DNA from: Histomonas meleagridis 2922-C6/04-290x
Taxonomy: Eukaryota; Protista; Parabasalia
Direction: 5' to 3'
Assembly: GCA_020184695.1 (NCBI GenBank)
Contig: JAANOX010000205.1
Location: forward strand, 248,001-312,000
Length of the DNA stretch: 64,000 nt
The notes beneath the pieces are model-generated. The model was not told the DNA's origin. It saw only the letters and a list, made by a program, of their open reading frames with translations, and did not search any database. How positions within the stretch are numbered: the first letter of the stretch is position 1; every line of letters begins with the position of its first letter. The translations under genes and the position numbers were made by a program. Positions 10,504 through 22,086 of the stretch are shown one piece after another.

Positions 10504-12475
10504 TTATTCATTCCATAACGAATTATTTTTAACGTTATAAATCCAATTCTTTGCAGTATATACCTCATTAAAATACCACAAACTAAAGTCAGTAGTAAAT
10601 GTTACATTTCGTACCACATCAAAACCTTTTTGCTTAGTTTTCATATTTTCAAATTCGCCAAATCTATAATAAGAAAATTTAAACAATGTTGATTTCTTCA
10701 TTTTTTGTTTCATTCCAGGTCCGACAATAAAAGGATAATTTTCATTTATATATTCACTAACGTTTATATTATCCATTGATTCCAAAACAGATTGAAATCT
10801 ATTTATATCATCTAACACAAACCCAGAAGCACCTCCAAAAGAAATAACACAATAATCAACATCATATTCCTTAGCAATTTCAAATGCTTTTTCCTCATTA
10901 ACAACAGCTAAAAACGAAACATTATTAATATGTGAAATATTATTTGTATTACCATCAATTAAAGTCGTTTTATTAGCTATAGACCATAATTGATAACCAA
11001 TATCCCAAAATGACCAAATTATATCATTTTGATTTGTGTTCATATATAACCATCTATAAGCTTCTCTATGATCATCAGAAATCGAATCTGATAATTCATA
11101 ATTGATAGAATTATTAGAAAAGATATTAGATGATAAATGAACAGTAAAGAAAATATGAAAAATAAAAATTATAAAAAGAAAAGAAAACAACGCTTTAAAT
11201 GTTTTCTTATGTTTTAAAATCATTAAAATTATATTATGAATTGAAAATGATATAACAAAAGTAAAAAATGGAAATGAAAAAACAAAAAGTCGAACAGAAA
11301 AAAGTCCGAAAAAAAAAATGTTAAAATTCCCAATGAAAAAATTAGAATTGAAGTATTATTATGTATATAATAAATTTTATATAAACCATAAGGAAATAAA
11401 AATAAAAGAGGACCAAACGTTATGAAACATGTTATGAATGAAGAAGATTGATTTTCAGAAATCGCTGAAAAGAATATCGAATTTTTTAAGTTTTTAATTT
11501 TTAATATATATAAAACTTTTTCGGGAAATTTATATAAAAATATTAACAATAAGACAAACAAAAATATTATTAAATTCCTTTTTTTTTAAAATGAAAAAAT
11601 ATATTTAATGAATAAAAATTTAAAAAAAGAAAAACTAAAATCGAAAATAAAAATTCATTCGAATTTATAACTTTCTGTTTTGTTATCGGTAATGAAAAAG
11701 AAAAAAGTATTCCGAATATAAACCATAACGAATATGTAATAAATACGAAATGAAAAATTTCCTTTTAATAGAATAAGTAATACAAAAAATGGAATTGAAT
11801 TTGTTACAAATGAAAATCCACCCCATGTAATCATTAACAAACCATATGAAAGAATTAAAATGAATTTGTATGTAAAATTATCAGATGAAATCGATTTGAG
11901 AAATGAATAAAATATAATTAGTAAAAATGTAACGGAAATTGATTCATAGTCATAACAGCCGGAAAAAGTATACGAAATAAGACCTGGAAGAGTGGCTGTT
12001 ATTAATGAATTTAAGTACCCAATTCTTGTGGATTTGATTAGATTGCCAAATAAGTACGAGAAAATTAAATGTATTATCGAAAAGAAAAGACTGATATGAA
12101 TGCATACATATTTGAGTGATATATCAATGTGAAGATATTGAAAAAATCTTTTGATGTAATTACAATAATTAAAATCATTAATCCTGGATAAGAAGTTTCT
12201 CCTATCATTCTGCCGTATGGATGCCATGAAGTATTATCAAACCAATTAAGAAATTCAGAAATACCGTTCTTATTGATGAATTCTGTCGATTTCCAATTAA
12301 AATGTGAATCGCATTCCTGAATGAGTGGCTCATATTTTATTTACGAGAAAAGTCTTAAAAATAAATCAAGAAATATACATAAAGATATAGTTAAAATAGT
12401 GAAAAGTTTCATCAATCCATTTTTTGGTGAACGTTAAATTCCAAATTTTTTCTTCTTTGGAAATACACTACCCAT
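10504..12475 (-). pseudogene. STT3: Oligosaccharyltransferase STT3 paralog, disrupted
   Basis: Fragments RLFS*IKYEPLIQECDSHF, WFDNTSWHPYGRMIGETSYPGLM, GCYDYESI, TWGGFSF and DDHREAYRWL..SFWDIGYQ..DGNT..DDINRF. In-frame TAA at 12343-12341 plus several frameshifts. Confidence 0.9.
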
Positions 12476-12999
12476 CACAGTACTATTCAAGTATTCTAAA
12501 CACAATATTATATTATTCATGAATCAAATGCATATTCCAAGATTGATTGTTAAATTGCTGAATCAATCAATTTTGTAAAACATTTTTTTGTGTTTTGTTT
12601 ATGAATATACACCGCATTTTTACTCATCTTAAGTTGCATTTTTTTTTTTGAATATTTGTATTGAAATTATAATGTAATAAATTAATTTATTTTGAGATCT
12701 TACTTGTATTTTTATCAGATTTTCTTTTCTTAGATCATTGCACTTGAAATTTAATTATTTGATTTGTCTTTTCACCGAAGAGCAGATAAAATTTTAGAAA
12801 GAATTGCAAATGAAATTCTAGCAAAGAATCTTTGTTTTATAATTTAATGATTTCATGAAAGTACAACAAAATTCGTATGCATATTTTTTAAATTTTTATT
12901 ATTCGAGCTTTCAATGAATCTTTATCAAGCAGAAGTAATCAGCTAAAAATTATTAATAATAATATAATAACAATTTATTAATACAAACAATTTTTGTTG

Positions 13000-15648
13000 T
13001 TATGTCTTCGCAGGTATCCAATTTTCTTTTTGAACGCATTCTAATTCCATTAATGTAACAGGATCAAGTGAGTTTGAATGTGTTGTTGAAAACAGTAAGT
13101 CCAGTGTGTACTGAAGTTGGTAAAAGAACGAACACGACTTCTTTGGATCTTTTTCTTCAATTGAACATGTGAGCATTGATATACATCTGTTAGCATCATC
13201 ACAAAATCTTTTTAATATTTTATTATCAGGGTCTTGTTCTAATTCATTTCTAAATGTGTTAATAATGTTATAATATGTTAGTTTCTTGCTTTCCCATTCA
13301 CTTTTTATGACTTCCAAAATTTCACTATCTTCGTTTGAAATATTAACGTTCGTTTGTTTTGAAAGAAAAACCGATGACGATACAAATACTTTTCTGAACT
13401 CTTTGATCGTTACTTCTTTTTTCTTTTTTGTGCTTTGCGAAACTGCTTTACGATAAATTTCAGTTGCTTTTTCATTTTGCAAATTCGGAACTAATGATTT
13501 CATCAATTCAATAGTTTCATCCATATTAGACGATTTTAATCGATAATTCATTAAAAGTTCAGTTATTCTTTCAATTGAATCACTTTGGTAATCGCCAACG
13601 CACATCTGCAATACATTTGATACTGAAACATATGAACGTGCGACTTCAAAATTTGGCGATGGAGATTGAACAAAGAATGTCATTATATGCGCATAAAACT
13701 CTTTTTTGTATCTTGACTTCCACCACTTTATTAAAAGCTGCTCAACCTGGTATTGATCAAGATAAAATTCTGTCAAACATTGAGCATTTGAATTGATTGG
13801 ATATCCAAAATTTAAACAATCTGATCTACAAAACAAATAAAACGCAAGTTGTTCAGACGAATAATTTTGGTCTAAAAAATTCATAAATATTTCGACATCG
13901 TCTGATTGTTCATACAGTGCATGTGAAGTGATGTGAAGATCCCAACAGAATTGATCACACAAAAAGTTGATTTTGAATTTGTCCTTTGAATACTTATATA
14001 CAAAATTTGGAAATTCAATGAATTCAATTGAACCTTTTTGAATGACATTTTTGTCAGATTCTTCTTTCACTTCATAAATTTCTTTGATTATTGTTAATAA
14101 CCAATTTAAGTCACGAACTTTTCTGTTTGAATAATCTAATTGAATTAATGAAAGGAAATATGTATTTTTAATATTTTTTGATTTTTGATTATTAATTTGT
14201 TTTGGTTGATTTTCAATTCTTATTAAAGTTTGTGTTTGTTTTACATGTAATGAATTCTTTCGAACAGCACTTGAAATTGCATCATAAGTTAACATTGAAG
14301 AAAAGAATTTTATAAAACCTAATTTTTCTGTTTCTTTATTAATTTCGAAGTTTCCATTTTTAATATTATTAATTTCAGACTTATTCATATGAAACAATTT
14401 TTCATTATTAAATAAAACTTTTTTCAGTTTTTTAAAATCATCAAATGAATTTATAACAATTTGATTTTTATTATTTTTATCGATGTTTAATTCATTAATT
14501 ATATCTTCGAATAATAATTTTTCATTATTTTGATAAAGAATACTTTTTGGTATTAAATCAATTTGAATTTCTTTTGTTTCATAAATAACTTTTTTTGTTA
14601 TTTCATTTTCAATTTGCTTAATTTCATTTCGAATTTTTTCTAATTCATTTTCGGCTTTTGATAATTCTTCTTTTGATATTTCAAAATTATTATTTTCGTT
14701 TTGTTTCTCATTAATTTTTTGTTGAATTGTATTCATATAATTCATTGAATCAGTTGAATATTGCGTTGATATTGTTGATAAACTTTCTAATTCATTGTTA
14801 ATTTCATGAAGTTGTTGGTTCTTTGCTGCAATAAGTTCATCGATTTTATCAATTGATTCTTGAATATCAATTGTTTCAAGACTAAGTTGTGATAATGAAT
14901 GTGTAAGTTTATGATTGTGATTAATTAATGATTCCAATTCTATTTGAAGATTTGAGATTTCTTCTTGAAGATTTTTGGAGTGTTTCATGTTTTCATTGAT
15001 TTCATTGGAATAATTTTCTGATTTTTTTGTGGCATTTTGAAGATCTTCTTGAAGATTGTGAAGAATTCGATTACAGCGTAATTCCATTTTAGGAATTCTA
15101 TCATTAGCTGTCGAAAAAAACTTTCGACATTCTTCAAGTAATTCGCCTTGTGAACTGCATTCAATGAAATATTGTCGAATTATTTCGGAGAAAATGTAAT
15201 CATAACTTTTAAATTGTTGTTGAAATGTTTTATCATCGCCAAATTCGGATAAAAGTCTTTCAAGCATCTCATTTAATTGATAAAATGTGGATTGAGATGG
15301 TGGATTTGTCGAATTTAAATATTTACCAAAATAACCATTTGGTGATTCTTTTGGAATTGCTGGTCGAAGAGGAACTTGTTGTTGGTTTTGAACATTGATT
15401 TTTGGAAGTTGAGAATTTTCTGTTTTGTGTTTTATAGTTAGACTATTCCGATGTTTTTTATAATCTTTTGTTTTGTTGGTCTTTTCTGATTTTATGTCTG
15501 ATTTATTTGCTACTTCTTTTTTGATGATTGGTAGATTTTGTGGATTTTTTCCAAGAAGTCCAGAACCTACTATAGAAGGCTCTAGATCTCGGTCTTTGTT
15601 TTGCGCAGCTGATCTTAGAACACTTCCTAAATATTGAAAGTGTTGCAT
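13000..15648 (-). CDS. Coiled-coil protein with axonemal dynein light chain-like / TSNAXIP1-like segments
   Basis: 882-aa ORF; FKSYDYIFSEIIRQYFIECSSQGELLEECR resembles the p28/AXDND1 motif FDELIRQVTINCAERGLLL; long heptad region follows. Confidence 0.55.
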   Translation of the reverse strand: MQHFQYLGSVLRSAAQNKDRDLEPSIVGSGLLGKNPQNLPIIKKEVANKSDIKSEKTNKTKDYKKHRNSLTIKHKTENSQLPKINVQNQQQVPLRPAIPKESPNGYFGKYLNSTNPPSQSTFYQLNEMLERLLSEFGDDKTFQQQFKSYDYIFSEIIRQYFIECSSQGELLEECRKFFSTANDRIPKMELRCNRILHNLQEDLQNATKKSENYSNEINENMKHSKNLQEEISNLQIELESLINHNHKLTHSLSQLSLETIDIQESIDKIDELIAAKNQQLHEINNELESLSTISTQYSTDSMNYMNTIQQKINEKQNENNNFEISKEELSKAENELEKIRNEIKQIENEITKKVIYETKEIQIDLIPKSILYQNNEKLLFEDIINELNIDKNNKNQIVINSFDDFKKLKKVLFNNEKLFHMNKSEINNIKNGNFEINKETEKLGFIKFFSSMLTYDAISSAVRKNSLHVKQTQTLIRIENQPKQINNQKSKNIKNTYFLSLIQLDYSNRKVRDLNWLLTIIKEIYEVKEESDKNVIQKGSIEFIEFPNFVYKYSKDKFKINFLCDQFCWDLHITSHALYEQSDDVEIFMNFLDQNYSSEQLAFYLFCRSDCLNFGYPINSNAQCLTEFYLDQYQVEQLLIKWWKSRYKKEFYAHIMTFFVQSPSPNFEVARSYVSVSNVLQMCVGDYQSDSIERITELLMNYRLKSSNMDETIELMKSLVPNLQNEKATEIYRKAVSQSTKKKKEVTIKEFRKVFVSSSVFLSKQTNVNISNEDSEILEVIKSEWESKKLTYYNIINTFRNELEQDPDNKILKRFCDDANRCISMLTCSIEEKDPKKSCSFFYQLQYTLDLLFSTTHSNSLDPVTLMELECVQKENWIPAKT

Positions 15649-15712
15649 TTTTTATAACGAATTTTTTTGATCGGTTTCGATTGAATAATAATTTGTCCGT
15701 TTAAAAATAGAA
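15649..15712. promoter_or_regulatory. Probable compact bidirectional promoter
   Basis: Only 64 bp between the divergent ATGs at 15648 (-) and 15713 (+). Confidence 0.5.
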
Positions 15713-17599
15713 ATGCTCTTTCTTCCAGATTGGTTAGAGTCAGATGCTTCAAATCTGATTTCTGATGTATATGAAAGAAGGGAACAGAATTTAGATATTA
15801 TAAATGTTCCACTTGAAGTAGAAGAGCAACTTTTAGTTGATGATTTATTATATTGTTTAATTGGTGCAAGTGGAAATTATATACAACAAAACTCACAAGG
15901 AAAATATTCTATTTCAGTTCAGATACATAATTGTTTTAGAAGCTTTGTTAATAATATTCTTCCAATTTGCGAGAATTTTTCAATTGTTAGAAAATATGCA
16001 GAAGGTCATTATAGACTTGAACATGGAAGTGTTATTCATGCAACATGTACTTCAATGCGAAATATCATTACAGAATATTATCAACTTATTACAAAAATTC
16101 AAAATTATCGAAGACTTACAATTGGTTTACTTTTATCAAATCTTCAAATCCCAGCCGAAATATTCCAATTACTTGCGAGTGTTGTTAAAGAACTTGAGTC
16201 AAAAAGAGGAATTTCTGTTTTAATTATTTTACATAAGTATTATTCAACATTTAGAGGATCAGAACAAATCCGAAAAATGATTTTATACTTATTCCAAAGT
16301 GCAATGAAGCCATTCATCAAGTTTATCGAAAAGTGGGTTTATGAAGGAATAATCGAAGATCCATTTGATGAATTCTTTATCAAGCAAAATGAAAATATTA
16401 CACCTGAAATTCTTGGCAAAAGTTACGAAGAAGAATTTTGGCTTCATAGATATGACATAAAATCCGAAAGACTTCCTCCATCAACATTTATGTCACATTC
16501 AGTAGTTTATAAGATCCTTAATTCCGGTAAATACAAATCTATTCTTCGTCTTTGTGGTATAGATTCTGTTTGTACCAAGAAATTAACTGCTCAAAGTCTT
16601 CAACGCGAAAGCATATTTGATCAAATTCAAGAAAAAAGTTCATCTGAATTGATCCGTGTTTTACTTCATAGGTATGACCTCCAAGGTTTCTTTAAGTGCT
16701 TTCATGATTACTTACTTTGTGCAAGAGGCGATTGGATAAATCATTTTCTCGAATTGAATAGAAAAACGATGAAACAAACGGTCGACAAAATACACGTTTA
16801 TTCTCTTGATACAACTTTATCATTATGTCTTCCTAAGGAAGCTCTTTCCATTTTTTCATGTGTGCTTGATAGTTCTTTGGTTATTGATGAAATTCAAAAA
16901 ATTCATAATACGAATTCACAAACAAAATATAAAATTCAAAATCGTTCACAAAATAGTTGGGACAATTTTAGCTTTGACATTCATCTTGAATGGCCAGTTA
17001 GCCTTGTTTTCTATCAAACTATACAAAGGAAATATCTTATTCTATTTCGAATAATTTTGATGTGGAAACGTCTTGAACGTTCCATTTCTAAACTCTGGCA
17101 TCGGAAAAGACAGATTTGTATTCGTCGTTTCGAGAGCCAGCTTCATTTCATGCAAATCTTTATTTGTAGTTATCTAAATTTTGCTTCCACTTTTACTATT
17201 GAACCAGAGTGGGCTAATTTCCAACGCCGGCTTACGAGTGTTAAAAGTATTGAAGAATTATTTAAACTTCATGAAGATCATCTTGATCATCTTCTCAAAG
17301 TATTTTTTGTTGTTCATCCAAATGTGTTCCGTAAGATGACATATATCTGGTATGTATGCTTTGAATACGCGAGCGAACTCAAGAAATGGCTACGTTCGGT
17401 AAGTAATCATTTGACAAGTAAAGAAAGCAAACTTCAGCTTGGAGAGCCACTCAACAAACTCTACAACGCGTTTGAGAAATCGGTGCAGGGATTGATCGAA
17501 GACTTAAGAGGAATTGCAAGCAGGGAAGCAAATAGTAACTTCAGCGATTTGGCAAACTTCATCAATATTAACGATGCGTACTTCGAAAAGGAATATTAA
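15713..17599 (+). CDS. TUBGCP2: Gamma-tubulin complex component, GCP2/Spc97 family
   Basis: EEQLLVDDLLYCLIG, IEKWVYEGIIEDPFDEFFI, KILNSGKY, YLLCARGDW, WPVSLVF and IEPEW are GRIP1/GRIP2 motifs. Confidence 0.85.
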   Translation: MLFLPDWLESDASNLISDVYERREQNLDIINVPLEVEEQLLVDDLLYCLIGASGNYIQQNSQGKYSISVQIHNCFRSFVNNILPICENFSIVRKYAEGHYRLEHGSVIHATCTSMRNIITEYYQLITKIQNYRRLTIGLLLSNLQIPAEIFQLLASVVKELESKRGISVLIILHKYYSTFRGSEQIRKMILYLFQSAMKPFIKFIEKWVYEGIIEDPFDEFFIKQNENITPEILGKSYEEEFWLHRYDIKSERLPPSTFMSHSVVYKILNSGKYKSILRLCGIDSVCTKKLTAQSLQRESIFDQIQEKSSSELIRVLLHRYDLQGFFKCFHDYLLCARGDWINHFLELNRKTMKQTVDKIHVYSLDTTLSLCLPKEALSIFSCVLDSSLVIDEIQKIHNTNSQTKYKIQNRSQNSWDNFSFDIHLEWPVSLVFYQTIQRKYLILFRIILMWKRLERSISKLWHRKRQICIRRFESQLHFMQIFICSYLNFASTFTIEPEWANFQRRLTSVKSIEELFKLHEDHLDHLLKVFFVVHPNVFRKMTYIWYVCFEYASELKKWLRSVSNHLTSKESKLQLGEPLNKLYNAFEKSVQGLIEDLRGIASREANSNFSDLANFININDAYFEKEY

Positions 17600-17976
17600 A
17601 ATGTTAAAAACTTCAAATTGTTGTTTCTTATTTAATGTTGACGCTGAATTTTTATTTGTCAATTACGAAAACTTTAAATGTGTTTATTACACCTAAAAAT
17701 CATTTTAACAATTAAATTCATTTTTGTTCATTTCGTAAATCTTAAAATTTTAACTTCTTGAAATATATTGGCAAGAGCTAATAAAAGACTCAAAAAGAAA
17801 AGTATAATGTCCAAAGTGATATAAAACAAAATTCATAGTATTTGTATAGTAACAACTATTTGTTATTCAATTTCATCAAAAAAGATAAAATATAAAAGCA
17901 TATTATATGAAAAAGAATTAAGATGTTTAAATTTTATTGGTCGTGAAAGTTGCTTTTTATGAAGACATTAAAAAAA

Positions 17977-18225
17977 ATGTGCAAAGAAGCAGGAAGTGAT
18001 GAACTTGGAAAAACCGAAAATCAAAAAAAGAACTTCCAGGCTGATCACAAAGAAAGCTTTGATTTTCCAGAACCACAAGAGCCAACGAGACGTCCATCTC
18101 ATTTTTTTGCTGGTCATATTAGATATTATGATGCTGAAGATTCGCATACATATGATAAAAATAACATTGATATGGATTCAACAAGTTTTTCTGATTTTTC
18201 ATTATCAAGCAGCGATTCTGACTAA
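17977..18225 (+). CDS. Small acidic hypothetical protein
   Basis: 82-aa ORF from ATG 17977 with an acidic Ser-rich tail; no family recognised. Confidence 0.4.
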   Translation: MCKEAGSDELGKTENQKKNFQADHKESFDFPEPQEPTRRPSHFFAGHIRYYDAEDSHTYDKNNIDMDSTSFSDFSLSSSDSD

Positions 18226-20073
18226 AACTTTATAAATGCTAAACGATAACATTAAAAACAAGATTTAAGTTTTTCTATTGATACATGTGTGTTATAATAT
18301 TTACTTTCTGCAATTCGTATATAGAGATCCTAGGATCTTGATATTATGAATATATAACATATATACATAGTTGCATCTATGATAAATATAAATCTAAGAA
18401 TAATATCATAATTAGCACGAGATAAATCTATTCTTTAATTTCAAAAAGTGACATTTATCGACTTTTGCATGGTTTATGTTGAACGATAGCAGCAACGATA
18501 AGTGACGATAGAAGAAAATTTGATTGGTTATAAATATTATAATATTTTACTTTTTTTTCAAAATTATACGTAATTTATTTCTATGATTATAATTTGTAAA
18601 CAGCAAAATTAAATGATTTTTGTGTTAACAAAAAATAAAAATTTTAAAATTTTATCATTAAATCGTGATTTGTGTTTTATTCCGAATAATAATACGGAAT
18701 CTTGTTTTTCCTGAATTTATAGATTTACTAAACAAAATGACATTATATTTTTTATAAATACTCAAATGATGTACTTATTTAACCTGATTAATAATTTATG
18801 ATAAATATATTAGTTTATGTGTAAGCACATATTCTTTCGATATCTTGGGACAAACGATTCATTTTTTTCTGTAAAAAACGATTCTTGACCATTGATCATT
18901 GAATTCATTCAATAGATGTATTTATTTATCTTAAATTTTCGTATTTTAGCAAAATATTCAATTTCATTGAATAAATATCTATACGAATTTAATTCGCATA
19001 TGATCTGTAAAATACTGACTTGAGATACATATATCAATTCCTTTTATCTCATATAAATATTATTAAATATTTCTCATGTGCTTCTTAATTTTGAATATTT
19101 TAATGATAGTCATTATCAATTTATATAATTTTTCTATAGTTTTCATTCTGTTTTTAAGTTATACAAGATTTTCAATATCTATAGATTAGAGCAAAAATTC
19201 AAAAATCTGTCTTTGCAATTTTTTATTTTTGATATGTTCTACATATAGGATAATTCTTGAAACAATTTATTCATTATTGGAGTTTCTGGACAAAGAAGAA
19301 ACAATAACTTTTCGAATTAATTTTGTGGTTACAAATCCATCAAGATTCGTTCCTCCACGAGTGAGCGATACTCACAACAATGAATCACAAAATTAAACAG
19401 AAGATAAAATTTTTAAAATTTAAGTTTATATTAAACATTTTTTCAACAATACTTGTATAAACTGGTTTAGATGTTATGAATAGGTACATCCAGTCTTGGC
19501 TTAGATGACCGTTTGTGTAATGTATCGTACATGAATTTAAATGGAAAGTGACTAAATTCAAAGGAAATTTCAAAAAAAATGCATTTTAAAGTATTGAAAA
19601 TTGAGAAGGATTTTTGTAGACATGTCAAAATTGACATATTTATTAATGCCGAATTATTTGAACCAGTTTATATCTTAATAAAAATTTGTTTACTGTTCTT
19701 ATTTGGTAAAATCTGATATGTATTAAATATATTACAAATAATTTTAAAATTAAAAAGAAATCTATAAGAGGGAAAGTTGGTTGACAATGTCTTGGTTTAT
19801 ATGTTTTGGAAGGTGCATTGCATGTTTAAAAATTTGTCTTCTCAGAATAATTATTGATTCTTAACTCAATGGCTACAGGAAAAATATAGATTTTTCATAT
19901 AAAAATCATTTATATATACATCTATTTTGGAGCAATATCATCTTTCAATTTAGAGATATTTTAATTTTGCTAAAATATAAAAAAGATAAATCACTAGTCA
20001 CCAATTCTGATAAGTGGTACAACCTTGCAAATTATCAAAAAATTAGAAGAACACTTACCATGGTAAGTCTAAA

Positions 20074-21132
20074 TTAAATGACACCTCTTTCACTAAGTAA
20101 TTGTTTTATTTCTCCGAAACCCAACTGTTTAGCAATTTCAATTGCTGTTTCAAATTATTAAAACATATATTAAATTATTCAAATGAATATTTTTTGCATT
20201 AACATCAATTCCTTTATCTAAAAGTAATTTTACTATTTCTATATTATTATTTCTAACTGCTATATGAAGTGCTGTTTCAAATTTTTAAAACATATATAAA
20301 ATTATTAAAACATATTACAAATTATTAAAACATATTCCAAATTATTCAAATGAATAGTTTTTGCATTAACATCAATTCCTTTATCTAAAAGTAATTTTAC
20401 TATTTCTATATTTCCTGATTTAACTGAATATGGTAAAATTGTATTTGGAATTTGCTGCCTCTCTATATCACTTTCTATTATAAATGTATTTCCTTTTGAT
20501 GCTATTTTTTCTATAATTTTATTATTCATTTTCATTCCTTCTTTTACTAAAAACATGAAGATTTCATAATTATTAAATTCTATACATTTTTTCCCAAGAT
20601 ATATTAAATTTTCTTCGCTTAAATTACAATTATCTTGACTTTCGATATTGGAATTCGATTTCGTAAAAGAAAATAATGAAGATGGATTTTGGAAAGAAAA
20701 CATTGAAGATGAATTTTTTCTGTCATTGGAAATTTTTCCAATTTTATTTTCATAAAGATAACGAAAAATTTCATTTTGATGAAATTCTATTGCTGTTTCA
20801 TATGCTTCTTTAAATGATGAATTATTTTGTTCACATAAATGAATAATTTCTAAGTTTCCACCTGCAATTGCATATTTAGATGTATTTTTGGTATTCGAAT
20901 TATTTAATAGTAAATATTTAAAACATTTAATCGAACCAAAAAATGCACAATAATCAATTAATGTAACATTTTCAGCATTAATAAATGAGCATCTTTCATA
21001 AAGTGATGGCTCAATTATTTGATTAAAGTCAAATTCATTATGTGATGATATTTCTTGAAGCTTTTCTAAATCATCATTTCGAATTATTTTTGCAATTTCA
21101 TTTGGATTATGTCCTTCTTTTATATATTTCAT
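20074..21132 (-). CDS. DUF3447-type ankyrin-repeat protein (second sub-family) with cassette-interrupted C-terminal repeats
   Basis: ORF 21132-20305 (GHNPNEIAKIIRNDDLEKLQEI..LIDYCAFFGSIKCFKYLL..AIAGGNLEIIHLCEQ), then TALHIAVRNNNIEIVKLLLDKGIDVNAKN and TAIEIAKQLGFGEIKQLLSERGVI* after 80- and 40-nt spacers. The frame extends upstream to an in-frame TAA near 21241, so the 5' end is disrupted or unresolved. Confidence 0.75.
20149..20355 (-). repeat. 20-nt cassette arrays (4 units at 20355-20276, 2 units at 20188-20149)
   Basis: ATTCATTTGAATAATTT-GGA, ATATGTTTTAATAATTT-GTA, ATATGTTTTAATAATTT-TAT, ATATGTTTTAAAAATTT-GAA; and ATTCATTTGAATAATTT-AAT, ATATGTTTTAATAATTT-GAA. Confidence 0.95.
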
Positions 21133-22086
21133 TTGAAGCTTCCAATCATCTTTTGATAATTCATCAAATGCTGAGATGAATTCTTCAAAGAATTTTGGTC
21201 TTGGATATTTGTTCTTTAGTTTGTTTATTTTTATTTTGTTTTATATTGAGAAAAATATAATGTGTTCATGTTCTTTACTGAAGATGGTTCAATTATTTGT
21301 TCTTCGATCATCTTTTCAAGAAGGTAATATGATTCTTGCTTTTCTATTCTCAATAAATATTTACAAAAGATTTGAACAAGATTAGCTTCAGGTTCACTTT
21401 TTTCTTTTTCTTTTGCATTTAAAGCCAATAAATATTTAATATATATATATTTTCATTATTTGATTGAGAAACAAGATAGTTAAATGTATATGGCAGCCTA
21501 TCTACAAATAAATTAATTGTTGCTTGAACTGATTGATCGAAATTTTTTTCGTTTAGATTATATACAATTAATTCTAATAATTTCGAAAGTTCCATCAATA
21601 AAAAAATGGTTCAAAACTCTGTCCGAAATATTTGTGAGAAAATATAATTGTCAGTACCAAAAAAAATGTCATACGATAGGCATCCGAACCGACACCGCGA
21701 TAGAGTATACTCTCCTTATTCTATAATGGAAAGAATAGTTCCAACTCAACAATTTCCAGATTTCTTCATAACAATAACATGATAATCTATTCGTTTCCAC
21801 ATAGTTCAATAAATACCGTTTACAATTAATGGAATCTTGGTCAGCATATGATCCAGAGTCACTTAGAATTAATACAAAAAGTAGCACAAATAAAAACAAC
21901 ACTCAGATTGATAGAGAAAACAGGTCATCACAGAAAATTTGTTGGAATTTGTGATTTGATCAATGTGAAATTTGATGTATGGATCTATTTCTAACAAGGA
22001 ATTTTGTATTAATATAATAATGAGAAAATTCTAAATAAATTACAATAGAATTTGCTCAGTTTATAATGTTTACTTTTTTCTTTTAC

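Noticed and set aside
12140-12180. STT3 frameshift explained by a 17-nt cassette (ATTTTAATTATTGTAAT)
   Set aside because: The phase fits, but removal deletes residues expected from STT3 alignment, the segment does not end in TTT, and other lesions in this gene are ordinary indels or a nonsense change.
18325-18338. Perfect 14-bp palindrome AGATCCTAGGATCT
   Set aside because: Single occurrence with no associated repeat or gene feature; plausible by chance.
20149-20355. CRISPR-like repeat-spacer array
   Set aside because: Spacers are only 3 nt, repeats 17 nt, the context is eukaryotic and coding, and there are no cas genes.
21669-21902. 77-aa ORF with a signal-peptide-like start
   Set aside because: Non-ATG start, no recognisable family, and downstream frames contain stops; at best a fragment.
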